Assembly (NCBI GenBank): GCA_032718475.1
Contig: JAUCBJ010003981.1
Coordinates: 1 to 56,752 of the forward strand
Source of the DNA: Nemertoderma westbladi
Taxonomy: Eukaryota > Animalia > Xenacoelomorpha
Reading direction: 5' to 3'
Length of the DNA stretch: 56,752 nucleotides
Within the stretch, counting starts at the first letter, position 1; each line of letters opens with the position of its first letter. A program made the translations under genes and the position numbers. Of the stretch, positions 11,594 to 23,120 are shown piece after piece. Under the pieces are notes generated by a model. That model was not told the origin of the DNA, did not search any database, and was given only the letters and a program-made list of their open reading frames with translations.

Positions 11594-12759
11594 CAAACTG
11601 AAATCGTCAAAAATTTCGGAGGGGCTTCATATATTGGGATAGGCAAAATATCGAAATAAAAAAATAGCGGGAAATTTGAAAATTTTTCAGGTACTTTAAG
11701 CCCTATGAATCGTCGATATGGATACGTTTACATTGTCCTGACCTCCAGAATGGTGTATTACAGGATGTTAGACCCCTAGATCCCTTCCTATAAATGTATT
11801 ACAGGATGTTATTTCGCACCAATATTCCCGCCCTGGCCCTATTACAGCCGGACGGACATATTTTGCCATTCTTCAGTAAAAGCTAGAGGATTACAGTACG
11901 AGTCAGCTACTCAGCTCTTTAGAATAGTATTCACAATGAGTGATAATCCCAATACCATCAGTTAACACCGGACTAAGTATATAATATTATATATATAATT
12001 TAATATTAATAGTATATAATATATATATAGGCCTATATAATATTAGGCCTGTAAGGGTCACCGGTACAAATGATGCTTTCAGTTTATCGTTGTACCGGTA
12101 GGTTTGAGCTTCAGCCAAGGACTACTATACTGAGTAGGCCTTCAGCTTCTTGGCTTCAGCTGATAGCCGCATGTCAGCTGAATTGAACAGTACTGACCTA
12201 AGCCTACAAATCATTACGGTACCATATCAGTTTCAGTATTAAAGATCTTAGCACTTCGTGAATATCGGTACCGTTTTTCCTAGTCTGCTGATAAAACTGA
12301 GAACTTCGTATCGAGCTAGAGTTTAACTCGGTACTGGAACATTTCGCAGCCTTAACCTGATACTGTACAAACTCATACTATTACTATAGTGGTACAGCTG
12401 ACCCAATGACCAACCAACAGTCATGGCAGAACTATATAGGCTAAAAATATTGGTGTCTGAGCTGGAGAGTCCAACAACTGGAGGTCGACCAGAGTTTCAT
12501 GGGTTCTGAATTCTGATCATACACCCACTTCATATCATAGTTAAACTCAGGTCAGTTGTTTCAGTAGATTATCTCACCAGAGCAGAGCTTCAATGCTAGG
12601 ACCTAATCCCGTATATCCAGACCATCCAGTGACAATCCAAAATGAAAATAAAAAAATTATTACGAAATGTTTAGTTTAGTCCTAATGAAATCCTTGGATA
12701 TTAATAACCGAATATCCTGGATATTTATTATAAGCCACATAATCCATAAGTTACGAATT

Positions 12760-14645
12760 AGGACAATGGCTCCCCGGAAAATTGCCCTCTGGACAATTGC
12801 CTCCTGGAAATTTACCCCCCGAACAATTGCCCCCCCCCCCCCCCCCCCCCCCCGATATCATATTTACGGAATATATTTTTAACATTTTCATTTGAATCTT
12901 AGTAATGTCCTAATTACAATTTTCAAAATATATAATCTCAAAATATACAAGTTTGTTTCTAGAACAATTTGATTGACTTTATGCTGGCTAAAGCTTATAT
13001 AAGACATAATGAAATGACTTTATTCTAATGAAATACAGGAACCATTTGTGGCAGTAACACTAGAAACAGACCATGTGCAGGGAGTGACTATTTTTATTTT
13101 ATAATCTCATTGTAACTTAAGTGGAATTTTTCATCTAAGTGGAATTTTTCAATGAATCTGAATCTGCAAACAGCTAAGCGATATCTATTTCCATTCTCGA
13201 GATAAGTGACCGACAACATTGATCGTTTGTTTAGAGTCTGAAACTCAATTCCGAGACAAACGCACTTAACATTTTACTATTAATTGTTACTCTTTTTGAA
13301 GGTCAATAAAAAGAAAGTACAACATCCAAATGAAATTTCGGAGAGGATGTAATTTAGGTCATCAGTAAACCTATTTCCCGTGTTACCTTTCAAATTTGGC
13401 TGAATCTAGACTGTCTGTATGACTGTTGGTCTGTATGTCCATCCATCAAATAATAAAGGAAACTAGCATAGGCCTACTGTACAGCTAATATTTCCACTGT
13501 GTGTGTAATATTTCCCTGGTTGTGAATGTAGCTCTAATGTTAATTACCACGTTTATAAGAATCCTGACCATTTGTATGACTGATTGTTGTATATATATAA
13601 AACAAACAGGTAAAACCTCGAGTCTTACACCCCACAAACTAACAAAAAACATAGAATGAGGACATTAACTGAGTACTATTTTGGGCGTTAATGTCCTGAT
13701 TCTATGTTTTTGGTTAGTTTGTGGGGTGTAAGACTCGAGGTTTTACCTGTTTATTTTATATATATACAATAGCCCCCTGTTAGTCAGTATGTCCACCTTT
13801 AATTATTATTGTCTGTCTGTCCTGTCTATTGATCTGTTTGTCCATAAAAGTAAGCCTATCATATGTATATGGTTATTTCAGATATATGAAAATTGAAATT
13901 TTCGTGTTGCACCCACATTTAGTAACCATATAAAATAGCATTCCGGTCCATCAAATCACCTGGAAAATATTACGAATGAAATCAGCATCCAAACCGATAT
14001 AAATAGAAAATCAGAGTTTAAGAGCACATGTTTGAAAATAATTAAAATTTGAAATTTTGTGTTACACCCACTTTTTGGGTTCCCCATACATTTTTCCAAA
14101 TATCATGAAAACTAAAAAAGATATGACTATACCGCTAGCAGATTTAAAATCTCCATAAAATTTGGGATAAGATAAGCCATTAAAACGGAAATATATTTTT
14201 TTAACCTAAGTCAAACTAAATGTGATTCCCTGAAAATAATATTTCCTACACATACAGTAGGTAGGTTTCTAGTGTTACTGCCACTTACTGATACTGTGCT
14301 ACTGTAGTAACGTAAGTGTACAATTACATTACTGACACATTTTTCCATTTCTGAACAAAACCATAATATTACACCTTTATTTACAGTTGCATTAACAGCT
14401 CAACTCCAATTAATTTATTCCCACATTTATATTATACAATATTGGAATTATTTAGCAAATAAATAAGCAAATATGATTTTTTCAATTATATGAATGAAAC
14501 GGGCTTAGCTATCTAAAATTTTATTTTTTTCTAACACTTGCTAGTTGAAAGAATCATTTTCCTCGGGGAAAATTGTTTGATGGGAAAGTGTCATTGTGGG
14601 GTGGAAAATTGGCCGTGGGCAATGACCCGGGTGCAATTAATTATT
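12760..14645. mobile_element. Possible foldback/MULE-like element with GGACAATTGCCCC subterminal repeats
   Basis: About 5 tandem GGA(C/A)AATTGCC units at 12761-12835 and degenerate inverted GGG..AATTG units at 14564-14640. Confidence 0.35.
13587..13769. repeat. Near-perfect palindrome, 83-bp arms, 17-bp spacer
   Basis: Arms 13587-13669 and 13687-13769, 3 mismatches by manual comparison. Confidence 0.95.
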
Positions 14646-14920
14646 GACGACTGTCACGGTGGGTTACTCCCAAAAAAACATTGGTATTTTAAGGAATGAA
14701 CTTATGACGGCCTCTAGCGGCCAGCACAGAAAATAATTCTTCGGTAATTAAATTATCGCCATGTTCTGAAATTTTAACTACTGTAGATGATGTGTCGCCT
14801 TTAGAGTCAGATATTGGACAGTTCTGAGCGTGACGATTTAAATTTTGAAATAAATTAAATATCAAATTAAAATTAGAGTATTATAATTAGGGGAAGTGTT
14901 CGGAGACTTGCCTGGCAGTA

Positions 14921-15182
14921 AACAAGCGCGATATCGCGCAAAGGTCCGTTCGCGTCTACTAACGCATGAACTGCCTCCTTGAATGGCTTACTACCAATCT
15001 TACAACAAAAAACATTCACCGGAATAGGGGATTGAACTCGGTACCTAGAGATTCCAAGTCCACACGCTCTGCCAACTGAGCCACTGGAGCCGTATCAATC
15101 CTTAATACCAAAACCTAACGAGAAATTAACAACAACAACAACAACAACGGAGTGAATACCAGAGATCTCGCTACGCGGACTT
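14921..15182 (+). mobile_element. Helentron/HINE-like non-autonomous element carrying an antisense tRNA-like segment, copy 1
   Basis: AACAAG start, 5' CGCGATATCGCG palindrome plus AAGGTCCG, (AAC)n microsatellite, 3' AGAGATCTCGCTACGCGGACT. Internal minus-strand A box TGGCTCAGTTGG and B box GAGTTCAATCC (15019-15091). Homologous to 34890-35135. Confidence 0.6.
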
Positions 15183-16796
15183 AAAAAGTAGGTATACGTG
15201 AACGTTTTCGCCCAACCGGGCTACTTCAGACTTAATTACAGAATTAGGTGTTGTACAAGAGTAAAGTTTGAAGGCAATGTCGGAATGACATTTTCCATTT
15301 TCATTTACTAAAACTCCTCCGCCACTTTTTAATAAAATTTTAAGATTTTTGGCTCTCGAAGTAAGCCACAACCAGCCCCCTTAACGCTAGTATTGAACTT
15401 CTACTGTGTAGTAAGCATCTTTTACTGCATTGTCAGTTCTGAGTTTCTCCCAGTCATAGTTGATTCGCTTGCTTGTCTTGGGGTTGCTGGCTCTCAAACT
15501 GAGTCTGATCTCTGTAGTCAGAATTCTGTGTTCGGAACCAATTCGAATTGGGTTGAACGAGCAGTATGCATCGCATTTAATCATGCTGTTTCTCCACTTT
15601 TTGTTTATAAGTTATCCAGCTGCTGCGCTTCGGTTCTGTTCGAGTATAGAAAGGTCCACAACTTCCCCTTAGAGTTTTCGAATGCGGTGTTTGTTAAGGT
15701 CAGAGTACCCCAACCCCCCGCCCCCCTTTTTTTTTTTTTAAATGTCTACAATTTCTACTGAAATGAAAATATTTAAATTTTATCCTATACAGTACCGGTA
15801 CCGGTATTTTCAAATATGGCTAAAAAAATTTCGAAAAATGTCCAAATTCCCTGTCGCTCTCTAGCGGCCATTGAATGAAAAACGATAAGCGGTAAAAGGG
15901 AGGGGGGGGGGGGGGGGGGTGGGCGGGGTAGCCACTTAATTTGTATCCTCCGTTTTTTCGTTTTTATTTTCCGATGCCACATTTTTTGGAACCATTCATT
16001 GTCATCATTATTTTTGGCACCTTTGTATTAATTGGAAAGTAGTAGGCCTAATTTGAAAAAATTCCGAGATAACTGCCTTTGAAAGTTCAAACCCGCCAAA
16101 ACTGACTGTCTGTGGTCTGGTTGGTTAATCATTTGTGGCACGAAGGAAGCACATAAGGAAGCATCAGTTTTAAGGTTTGGAGGAATCTAGTCTGTCTGTC
16201 TGTCGGTTGTCTTGTCTTTCTTTAACAATTTGCCATAAAAAAGCGATAACTCGAGACCTAAAAGAGATCTCGCTAAGCGGTTTTAAGATTTGAAATCCTC
16301 ATTAAATTATGTTACACAGATTAAATAGAACAAATATTTGCAATTTTGACATGGGGTGGGGAGGGGGGGGGGGGGGGTTGGGACTATCTGGGATCTGCGA
16401 TCACTATCTGGGAATTTGGGACAAGGAGGTTTTACCGGTAAGTTGTTCTCTATCATTATCAAATACACTTATTTTATACAAAACATCAAAACTAGGAGAT
16501 TACAGCACTTGATATATTGATCATATTCGAGATATTACGAATAAAAATTTTCAAACAAAATCGGAAATAATCTTTATCAATATAATGCAAATCCCAATTC
16601 ATATACTGATTAGTAAGTCTAAAAGAGAGTCTTTAAGGAAGATTAGTAAAATTGTAAACTAAAGTTAAGAATCAACCTATTAGAATATGACTATGGCTAT
16701 AGGCCTAAATTATACAGTAAAATATACAAACACACCTAGAAGTCTCTTATTTCATTATGTATTCAAACTGACCAGTGTATGTATGAATCCATTTAA

Positions 16797-17606
16797 CCCT
16801 ATTAATTAATACCGTGCTATAAAATAGAGTGGGGTCATATTGCCCGAGCCCCACACTCGAAAAACTACAAATATTAATGAACACGTCTGAATTTTAATAA
16901 TTTTATAGATTAATATTTCAAAATAAGTTGGTTGGTTTTTTGCGGCACCAATATTCAAGTATTTAACAATTTTGAAAAGTTATATTTTATATTTATAATT
17001 AACTTCTAAACTTTTATCTACTGTATATGAATTTTTGAGCCGCTGAATCCAAGATGATAAAATAAATGAAAAAATTAATAAATTAAAAGAAAATACACTA
17101 ACTTTTCAGTTTAAACCTACAACTTTAAATTTACTTATACCATGCGGGGCACTGATTCTAATAGAATACATTCCAAACTCCAATTTTTTCAAGTCGTATT
17201 TTTTGGCATAAAATGTTGCTGTTAGAACCAGTTTTGCACCCACCGCTATAAAATACAACTTTGAGAGCCATTTGTATACTAATTCCCTCGATCTACACAA
17301 GAAACAAGATGACACGATCAATTGATATATTTGATGGATTTTCAAAATTCGGTGCTAGGTCCAAAATTAGTCACCCGCCGAAAAATGAAGTTTGCCATCG
17401 AATTGCGAACCACAAAACCAGGTGTAACTCAAAATAGAGATGATGCAATTCATATTTCATTCATTCATTTCAATTCAAATTTCAAACATATTTTCATAAA
17501 AATGTGCCAAAGTAGGTTTAAAAAATGATGCAAAAACAACAAAATAATACCGTGTGGGTGGGGTCGTATTAATTAACCCCAATCACACACCCCGATTTTA
17601 ATAGGG
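16797..17606. mobile_element. piggyBac-type non-autonomous element
   Basis: TTAA|CCCTATTAA ... TTAATAGGG|TTAA, with subterminal GTGGGGTC.TATT motifs near both ends. Confidence 0.75.
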
Positions 17607-17754
17607 TTAAAGTGGCAGTAGTTGCATTTACAAACAAAACCAGTAACCAGCAATTCTTGAAATATATGTCTATATGCGAAGTGTTTAACATAGAGACCGT
17701 AACGTTCTGTATAAAACAAGCTTCAGTTGCCAATATCAATATAGAATTAAAAGT

Positions 17755-20700
17755 TTATTCTTCAATAACTTTGCGTGCTTGGATATTCGAGTTACAATTG
17801 CGTTGGTAGCCCACGCCCTCTGGTTGTAATATTTTGCCACCGTTCCGTTCATAGCCTTCATTATGAATATGCTTGTTATTGGACCCTGAAACTTTAGAAT
17901 TTGTTTGTGAAGTAACATATGCTGTATTTTGAATCACCTTGAGAATTTCATTAATGGTTGAAACAACCTCAGGGGCCCCAGGATCACGTACAGTGATAAG
18001 ACTTGGTGTTTCCGATATTTCCTCATCTTCATGTTCCTTTTGAACTTTGTGGGGTGGGTACATGATGTTCATAGGATAAGGGGGAGGGCAAGGGATTACA
18101 TTGCGAATGGAACTAACAACTATATTGTTTTCATATGTCGCTTCAGTACATTGATATCCCCCCACACTGTGTTCATTACCAACAACTCTTCCGTAGGGTT
18201 GAATTCCATCAACACTTCCACTGCGTCCAATTTCACTAACACTTCCGTAGGGTTGAATTCCACCAACCGTTCCACATGGTTCTATTCCATCAACTTCTCC
18301 ATTGGGATTAATCCCACCTACAATCCCATTGTGTCCTCTTCCACTTATCTTTCTATAGGTTTCAATTACATCAACATTTCCATGGGCCTCAATTCCACAA
18401 TCACTTCCAATGGGTGCATTTCCAGTAACCCTTCCATATGGTTCGATTCCATCTACCCTTCCGTAGGTTTTCACTCCATCACCCTTCCCATAGGTTTCAA
18501 TTCCATTGCGTGAAATTCCACTAACCTTTCCATAATGTTCAATTCTACCAACCCCTCCCTGGGGTTCAATTCTACCAACCCCTCTATGGGGTTCAATTCT
18601 ACCAACCTCTCCCTGGGGTTCAATTCTACCAACTCCTCCATGGAGTTCAGGTCTACCAACCCCTCCATGGGATCCAATCCCACTAACTCTTCCGCTCTGA
18701 ATATTTCCACTAGCCGTTCCAATGGTTTCAAAACAACCAGCCATTCTATTTCTGGTATTTACATTTCCAGCACCAATCACAGTATGTCTATTTTCGATAA
18801 CAGCTGCGCTTGTGTTTGCATAAACTAACCGTGTGCTACTTTCTCCTGAACTTGTTAGACCCACTAAACGCAATCTACTACCTTTAGCATTAGTTTCTGC
18901 TGCACTAGTTACACCAACTGCACATGGTCTATTTCCTCTGGCACTGCATGCACTAGTTACACCAACTACATATGGTCTACTTCCTCTGGCACTAGTTACA
19001 CCAACATTACATGGTCTATTTCCTCTGGCACTGCATGCACTAGTTACACCAACTACATATGGGCTACTTCCTCTGGCACTACATGCACTAGTTACACCAA
19101 CTGCATATGGTCTACTTCCTCTGGCACTAGTTACATCAACTGCACATGGACTCTTTCCTCTGGCACTGCATGCACTAGTTACACCAACTACATATGGTCT
19201 ACTTCCTCTGGCACTGCATGCACTAGTTACACCAACTACATATGGGCTACTTCCTCTGGCACTAGTTACATCAACTGCACATGGACGCTTTCCTCCGGCA
19301 CTGCATGCACTAGTTACACCAACTGCATATGGTCTACTTCCTCTGGCACTAGTTACACCAACTGCACATGGTCTATTTCCTCTGGCACTACATGCACTAG
19401 TTACACCAATTGCATATGGTCTACTTTTTCTGGATCTAGTTACACCAACTACATGTGGTCTTCTTCCTCTGTACTTAGGTACACTAACTACTGGTCTATT
19501 TCCTCTGGTATTAGTTACATTAACAACTGATCCATTTCGTCTGGCAATAGTCGTATCAAACACAGGTTGTCCACTTCCATTGGTACAGATTGGTGTACTT
19601 TTAGGGATGTTGCTTTCACTTCTATTGTAAGTAATTTGTTTATCCGTATTGTCATGTTGTAAAAAAGAATCATCACTGATATCAATCAAATGAATAGGAT
19701 GATCGTCACGATGTTTAGTAACTTTGTAAAGAATAACTTCTCCATCTTCAATACAATTTGTTACCATAGAGCTTTCAATAGATGCATTAGGGTTATGAAA
19801 ATCTGTTTGAGAACATTGGATGTCTACAATACATACTTTAAGATTGTGGCTGCCTCGCTTTTTTTTATTTGTTGATTTTGAAGGTGTCGAATTCGGCCTA
19901 TTGAACTTAGCATTTGCTGTTTTTGTGTTTTTATACAACACAGATGGAAGTAGCGACTCACAATTTTTAGGCAGTCCTAAAGGATGAACCATACTGGGAC
20001 CACACGTTTGATCTTCAACTTTGTTGTTGTAATGTTGAGTGGTTGGGTAACATTTGACAGAATAATAATCTTGAGTTTCTGAATTATTATTGTATACCAG
20101 CATTTCATCCTGCTCCAACAAAGAGTTTGTTGAAATTGTATCAATATTCTGGAATGAAGTTGAAGCCTTTGGCAGCAAGGAATTGGATGAAGTCGTTACA
20201 GTGACATTTGAATGCGAATGGTTGGTAGATACACTACTACCTGTTAATGTTGTTTGTGTAAATTCATTTGGAGAAACTGTCAGGCAAATAGATGATGCTG
20301 TACTCTGATATGGCTTTTGGGTTCCATATATGGAGTTCGAAACTTTAGTTGATATAACATTTATTAAGGTTGTGTTAGTGTTATTTTGTGAAGATGTGTA
20401 TGCATCTGAATATAAGCTACTGTTTATCCCAGTATCCATAAAAGAAGATATGTTTCTTGTCACTATTGTGATCATGTTTTGAGATGAAACTACTGCTCTT
20501 GATGACTGCAACGAGCACGATGATATTCCCTTATATTCCAGTCTTTCAGATGGTAAACAACCATATGATATTGGGCCTGAATTCTGTGGTAATCTCGCAG
20601 TCACAGGGGTTTGAGACACCACATCACTATAATGTGATGATACATATGAATTAATTGACAAATAAGTGGATGTAAGTAAATTAGTCATTGACGATGTGGA

Positions 20701-22125
20701 ATATGAATGAGCATTTGAGTGATTTTGATGTAGAGATAGTTGATCTGATAAATTATATGTAGTTCTTTCATGATATTTATAATCGGGTAATTGGGAATAG
20801 TATAGATTTTCAGCAATTGGGAATGATACATTTGTAGATGAGCTTTCAGCATATGTTGTGAATATGTGAGAAGCTGATGGTTGCATTGAAAATGAGGTAA
20901 GATCAGCAGCTGTTTGAGATTGTATACATTCATTACATATGCAAGGTATATCAACCAATCCTGATCTGTAATTTATGTGTGGGTGATTGTATTGTTCTCC
21001 ATATACGGTTTCCCAGTTTTGCCATGTACCAGAATTTAGACGAGGTTGATAATTCTGAATTGACTTAGTTAAACATACACTGGCCCTGTAAGAACTACAA
21101 GGTTGTTGCAATGCATGAGGCCATCTGTATCCACTAGCTGAATTGTAAGGGCTGACATAAAATTGTTTATCATATTGTCTTTGGATGTACATATTATTAC
21201 TACTGGAAGTAGTGTACTGAACTGACATATTATTATCATCAGTACCTAATAATTCGTTTGGGTAAGCAAATCGATTAATGTTTGACAAATTGTACTGTGA
21301 TGGTTCTGCAGAGGGGGAGGGATTCGCTAATAGCATTGACTGACCCAAACAATGAAATTTACCTAGATTATCATATGGGCTTAATAACTGAGTTCCATAG
21401 GAATCAATGGCGCCTGAGGCAGCTTGTCCTTCCAAATTATATGCCATAATATTATGAGAATTATATTCTATGCCAGATTGCCGCATTTGCGCCTGGGTTT
21501 GATTATAGAAATTGGACTGTGAATCATCATATAGTTGAGGAGAGAATTTAGGATCCTGTAAACTTAGTAGAGTTTCAACTGCAGCAGCATCCTCCTGTCT
21601 AATGCCGGTGAACCCCACATCCATATGATCATTTTGGTTATACATACTGCTTGATTCTCCTAGTCCAAGAGAGTGCCAGCCAATGAATTGATGATTCATT
21701 TCATTGGTTTCTTCAGTAATTGGTAGTGGTGGGAAAATCCCTTGAGGTTCAGTAGCCATGAATGATGATAGATTAGTTTTCATGGTATTGATGTATCTGA
21801 TAAGATCACTCCTGCCCTTCTTAAAAGAGCCATGTATGTAAATGTGTAAATTCGGGTCTTCCCATGCAGGTGGTCCATAATTTTTTGGAATTTTTTTAAA
21901 TTGATAGTGATTTAAAGATCTAACAATGCAATGAAAATGTAATGTTTTAAAAACTCTTCCAGTTCGAGCATGCAAAATGTCTCGGATAAAATTTATTTCA
22001 TTTATAACTAAGTACTCTCCGGAGTCATCGAATGAGACACACTCACAATGTAAGTCCATAGCAAGATTAAAAATCTTTTCTGGGAAAGTATTGATATTTC
22101 TATCCATAGGTTTATTTCTCCCCAT
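17755..22125 (-). CDS. HSF-type DNA-binding domain protein (HSF5/HSFY-like architecture), single exon, ~1456 aa, low-complexity middle and C-terminal repeats
   Basis: 4.4-kb uninterrupted ORF in AT-rich DNA. N-terminal FPEKIF...SFDDSG...FIRDIL...FKTLHFHCIVRSLNHYQFKK...YIHGSFKKGRSDLIRYI matches the HSF DBD pattern (21790-22086). First ATG at 22125; an upstream exon cannot be excluded. Confidence 0.88.
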   Translation of the reverse strand: MGRNKPMDRNINTFPEKIFNLAMDLHCECVSFDDSGEYLVINEINFIRDILHARTGRVFKTLHFHCIVRSLNHYQFKKIPKNYGPPAWEDPNLHIYIHGSFKKGRSDLIRYINTMKTNLSSFMATEPQGIFPPLPITEETNEMNHQFIGWHSLGLGESSSMYNQNDHMDVGFTGIRQEDAAAVETLLSLQDPKFSPQLYDDSQSNFYNQTQAQMRQSGIEYNSHNIMAYNLEGQAASGAIDSYGTQLLSPYDNLGKFHCLGQSMLLANPSPSAEPSQYNLSNINRFAYPNELLGTDDNNMSVQYTTSSSNNMYIQRQYDKQFYVSPYNSASGYRWPHALQQPCSSYRASVCLTKSIQNYQPRLNSGTWQNWETVYGEQYNHPHINYRSGLVDIPCICNECIQSQTAADLTSFSMQPSASHIFTTYAESSSTNVSFPIAENLYYSQLPDYKYHERTTYNLSDQLSLHQNHSNAHSYSTSSMTNLLTSTYLSINSYVSSHYSDVVSQTPVTARLPQNSGPISYGCLPSERLEYKGISSCSLQSSRAVVSSQNMITIVTRNISSFMDTGINSSLYSDAYTSSQNNTNTTLINVISTKVSNSIYGTQKPYQSTASSICLTVSPNEFTQTTLTGSSVSTNHSHSNVTVTTSSNSLLPKASTSFQNIDTISTNSLLEQDEMLVYNNNSETQDYYSVKCYPTTQHYNNKVEDQTCGPSMVHPLGLPKNCESLLPSVLYKNTKTANAKFNRPNSTPSKSTNKKKRGSHNLKVCIVDIQCSQTDFHNPNASIESSMVTNCIEDGEVILYKVTKHRDDHPIHLIDISDDSFLQHDNTDKQITYNRSESNIPKSTPICTNGSGQPVFDTTIARRNGSVVNVTNTRGNRPVVSVPKYRGRRPHVVGVTRSRKSRPYAIGVTSACSARGNRPCAVGVTSARGSRPYAVGVTSACSAGGKRPCAVDVTSARGSSPYVVGVTSACSARGSRPYVVGVTSACSARGKSPCAVDVTSARGSRPYAVGVTSACSARGSSPYVVGVTSACSARGNRPCNVGVTSARGSRPYVVGVTSACSARGNRPCAVGVTSAAETNAKGSRLRLVGLTSSGESSTRLVYANTSAAVIENRHTVIGAGNVNTRNRMAGCFETIGTASGNIQSGRVSGIGSHGGVGRPELHGGVGRIEPQGEVGRIEPHRGVGRIEPQGGVGRIEHYGKVSGISRNGIETYGKGDGVKTYGRVDGIEPYGRVTGNAPIGSDCGIEAHGNVDVIETYRKISGRGHNGIVGGINPNGEVDGIEPCGTVGGIQPYGSVSEIGRSGSVDGIQPYGRVVGNEHSVGGYQCTEATYENNIVVSSIRNVIPCPPPYPMNIMYPPHKVQKEHEDEEISETPSLITVRDPGAPEVVSTINEILKVIQNTAYVTSQTNSKVSGSNNKHIHNEGYERNGGKILQPEGVGYQRNCNSNIQARKVIEE
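18130..18700 (-). repeat. Coding 27-bp repeat (GxVGRIEPx) in the HSF-like gene
   Basis: Repeated GGTTCAATTCTACCAACCCCTC on the + strand; 9-aa period in the protein. Confidence 0.85.
18895..19525 (-). repeat. Coding 39/48-bp repeat (SARGxRP[Y/C]xVGVT with optional SAC) in the HSF-like gene
   Basis: Repeated GCACTAGTTACACCAACT...TTCCTCTG; 13- and 16-aa units, frame always preserved. Confidence 0.9.
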
Positions 22126-22849
22126 AATACCGGTATATATACATACCTCATAGACATATAGATATATAGCAAATATATTCCTTGAAATTTGTAACAATTA
22201 AACAATCATATTATATATACATACAGTATAGGCCTCTCCAAATACATGCATGTATTTATAATTGAAATTTCAAAAATATTGCTAGCAACCATAAGAATAA
22301 GATTCAGTTTCTCAATATGGTAAATAATAACAGTTTGCAAAAAGAAAAGTATTCCAGAACCAAGAACTAGGCCTAGCAAATCCTACGCAAACTTAGATCC
22401 TAGGTGAATTTAGACACTGGCAACAGAACATTGATCATAAACCATCTTAGATCCTGGCAAACTTAGATCAAGGCAAAGTTAGATCATGACAAGCTTTGGA
22501 TGTAATTGCCTAGGGTCTAAGTTAACAAAGAATCTAAGTTCACCTACATCTAAGTTTGCAGTTAGTGGATGGTATCCTTAATGGGCCCACTTTGCTCACT
22601 CCCCAGCTGATATACAGCAGTTATTAATGAATATGGGATCATGCTAATCAAGTCAGGGACTTGATTAACCCAAAACCAAATTATCATGGCCTAATCAGAT
22701 AGTTGCAACTTCTAGAAGGCCAATGTATAGAATATACATATATACATATACACATAGAATATACAGACATTGTACTGTACATTGTACAGTACAACTCAGT
22801 AGTGTTACTGTCAAGTTGTTGTGGCAAGTACAATATGAATACAGCTCAA

Positions 22850-23120
22850 ATCAGACTCTACAACATTGGAGGTGTTTCATTAGTCACATGTAGCTTGACA
22901 CTTGAATGGAGCCGCCTCCGCTTTGCAGGACATTTAAAAATGTCGTGAGGACCAGTCAGTGCATAATCTTGTGCTTTGACGGCCTCATGGAGTGAAAACA
23001 CACGCATGGTGGACAGCACATGCATGACCTTCTTGAGACGCCTCTTAAAGGTCACTGCCCTTGAAGATGCGGATGATCTAAGAAATGTGATGGGTGATAG
23101 GGAGTCGGGTGATAGGGAGT
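22850..23120 (+). pseudogene. RTE-clade LINE 3' fragment
   Basis: Translates RLYNIGG...SRLRFAGH and TFLRRLLKVTALEDADDLRNVMGDRE. Shares ATGGGTGATAGGGAG with tails at 30135 and 44231. Confidence 0.7.

Noticed and set aside
15019-15091. Functional tRNA gene (also 31100-31171)
   Set aside because: Acceptor, anticodon and T stems do not pair properly; both are embedded in repeats.
18833-19630. 265-aa antisense ORF overlapping the HSF-like gene
   Set aside because: Mirror of the coding repeat; stop-free only because the repeat unit lacks antisense stops.
22126-22197. N-terminal extension of the HSF-like ORF in the ORF track
   Set aside because: Begins at a non-ATG codon in AT-rich sequence; the first ATG is at 22125.
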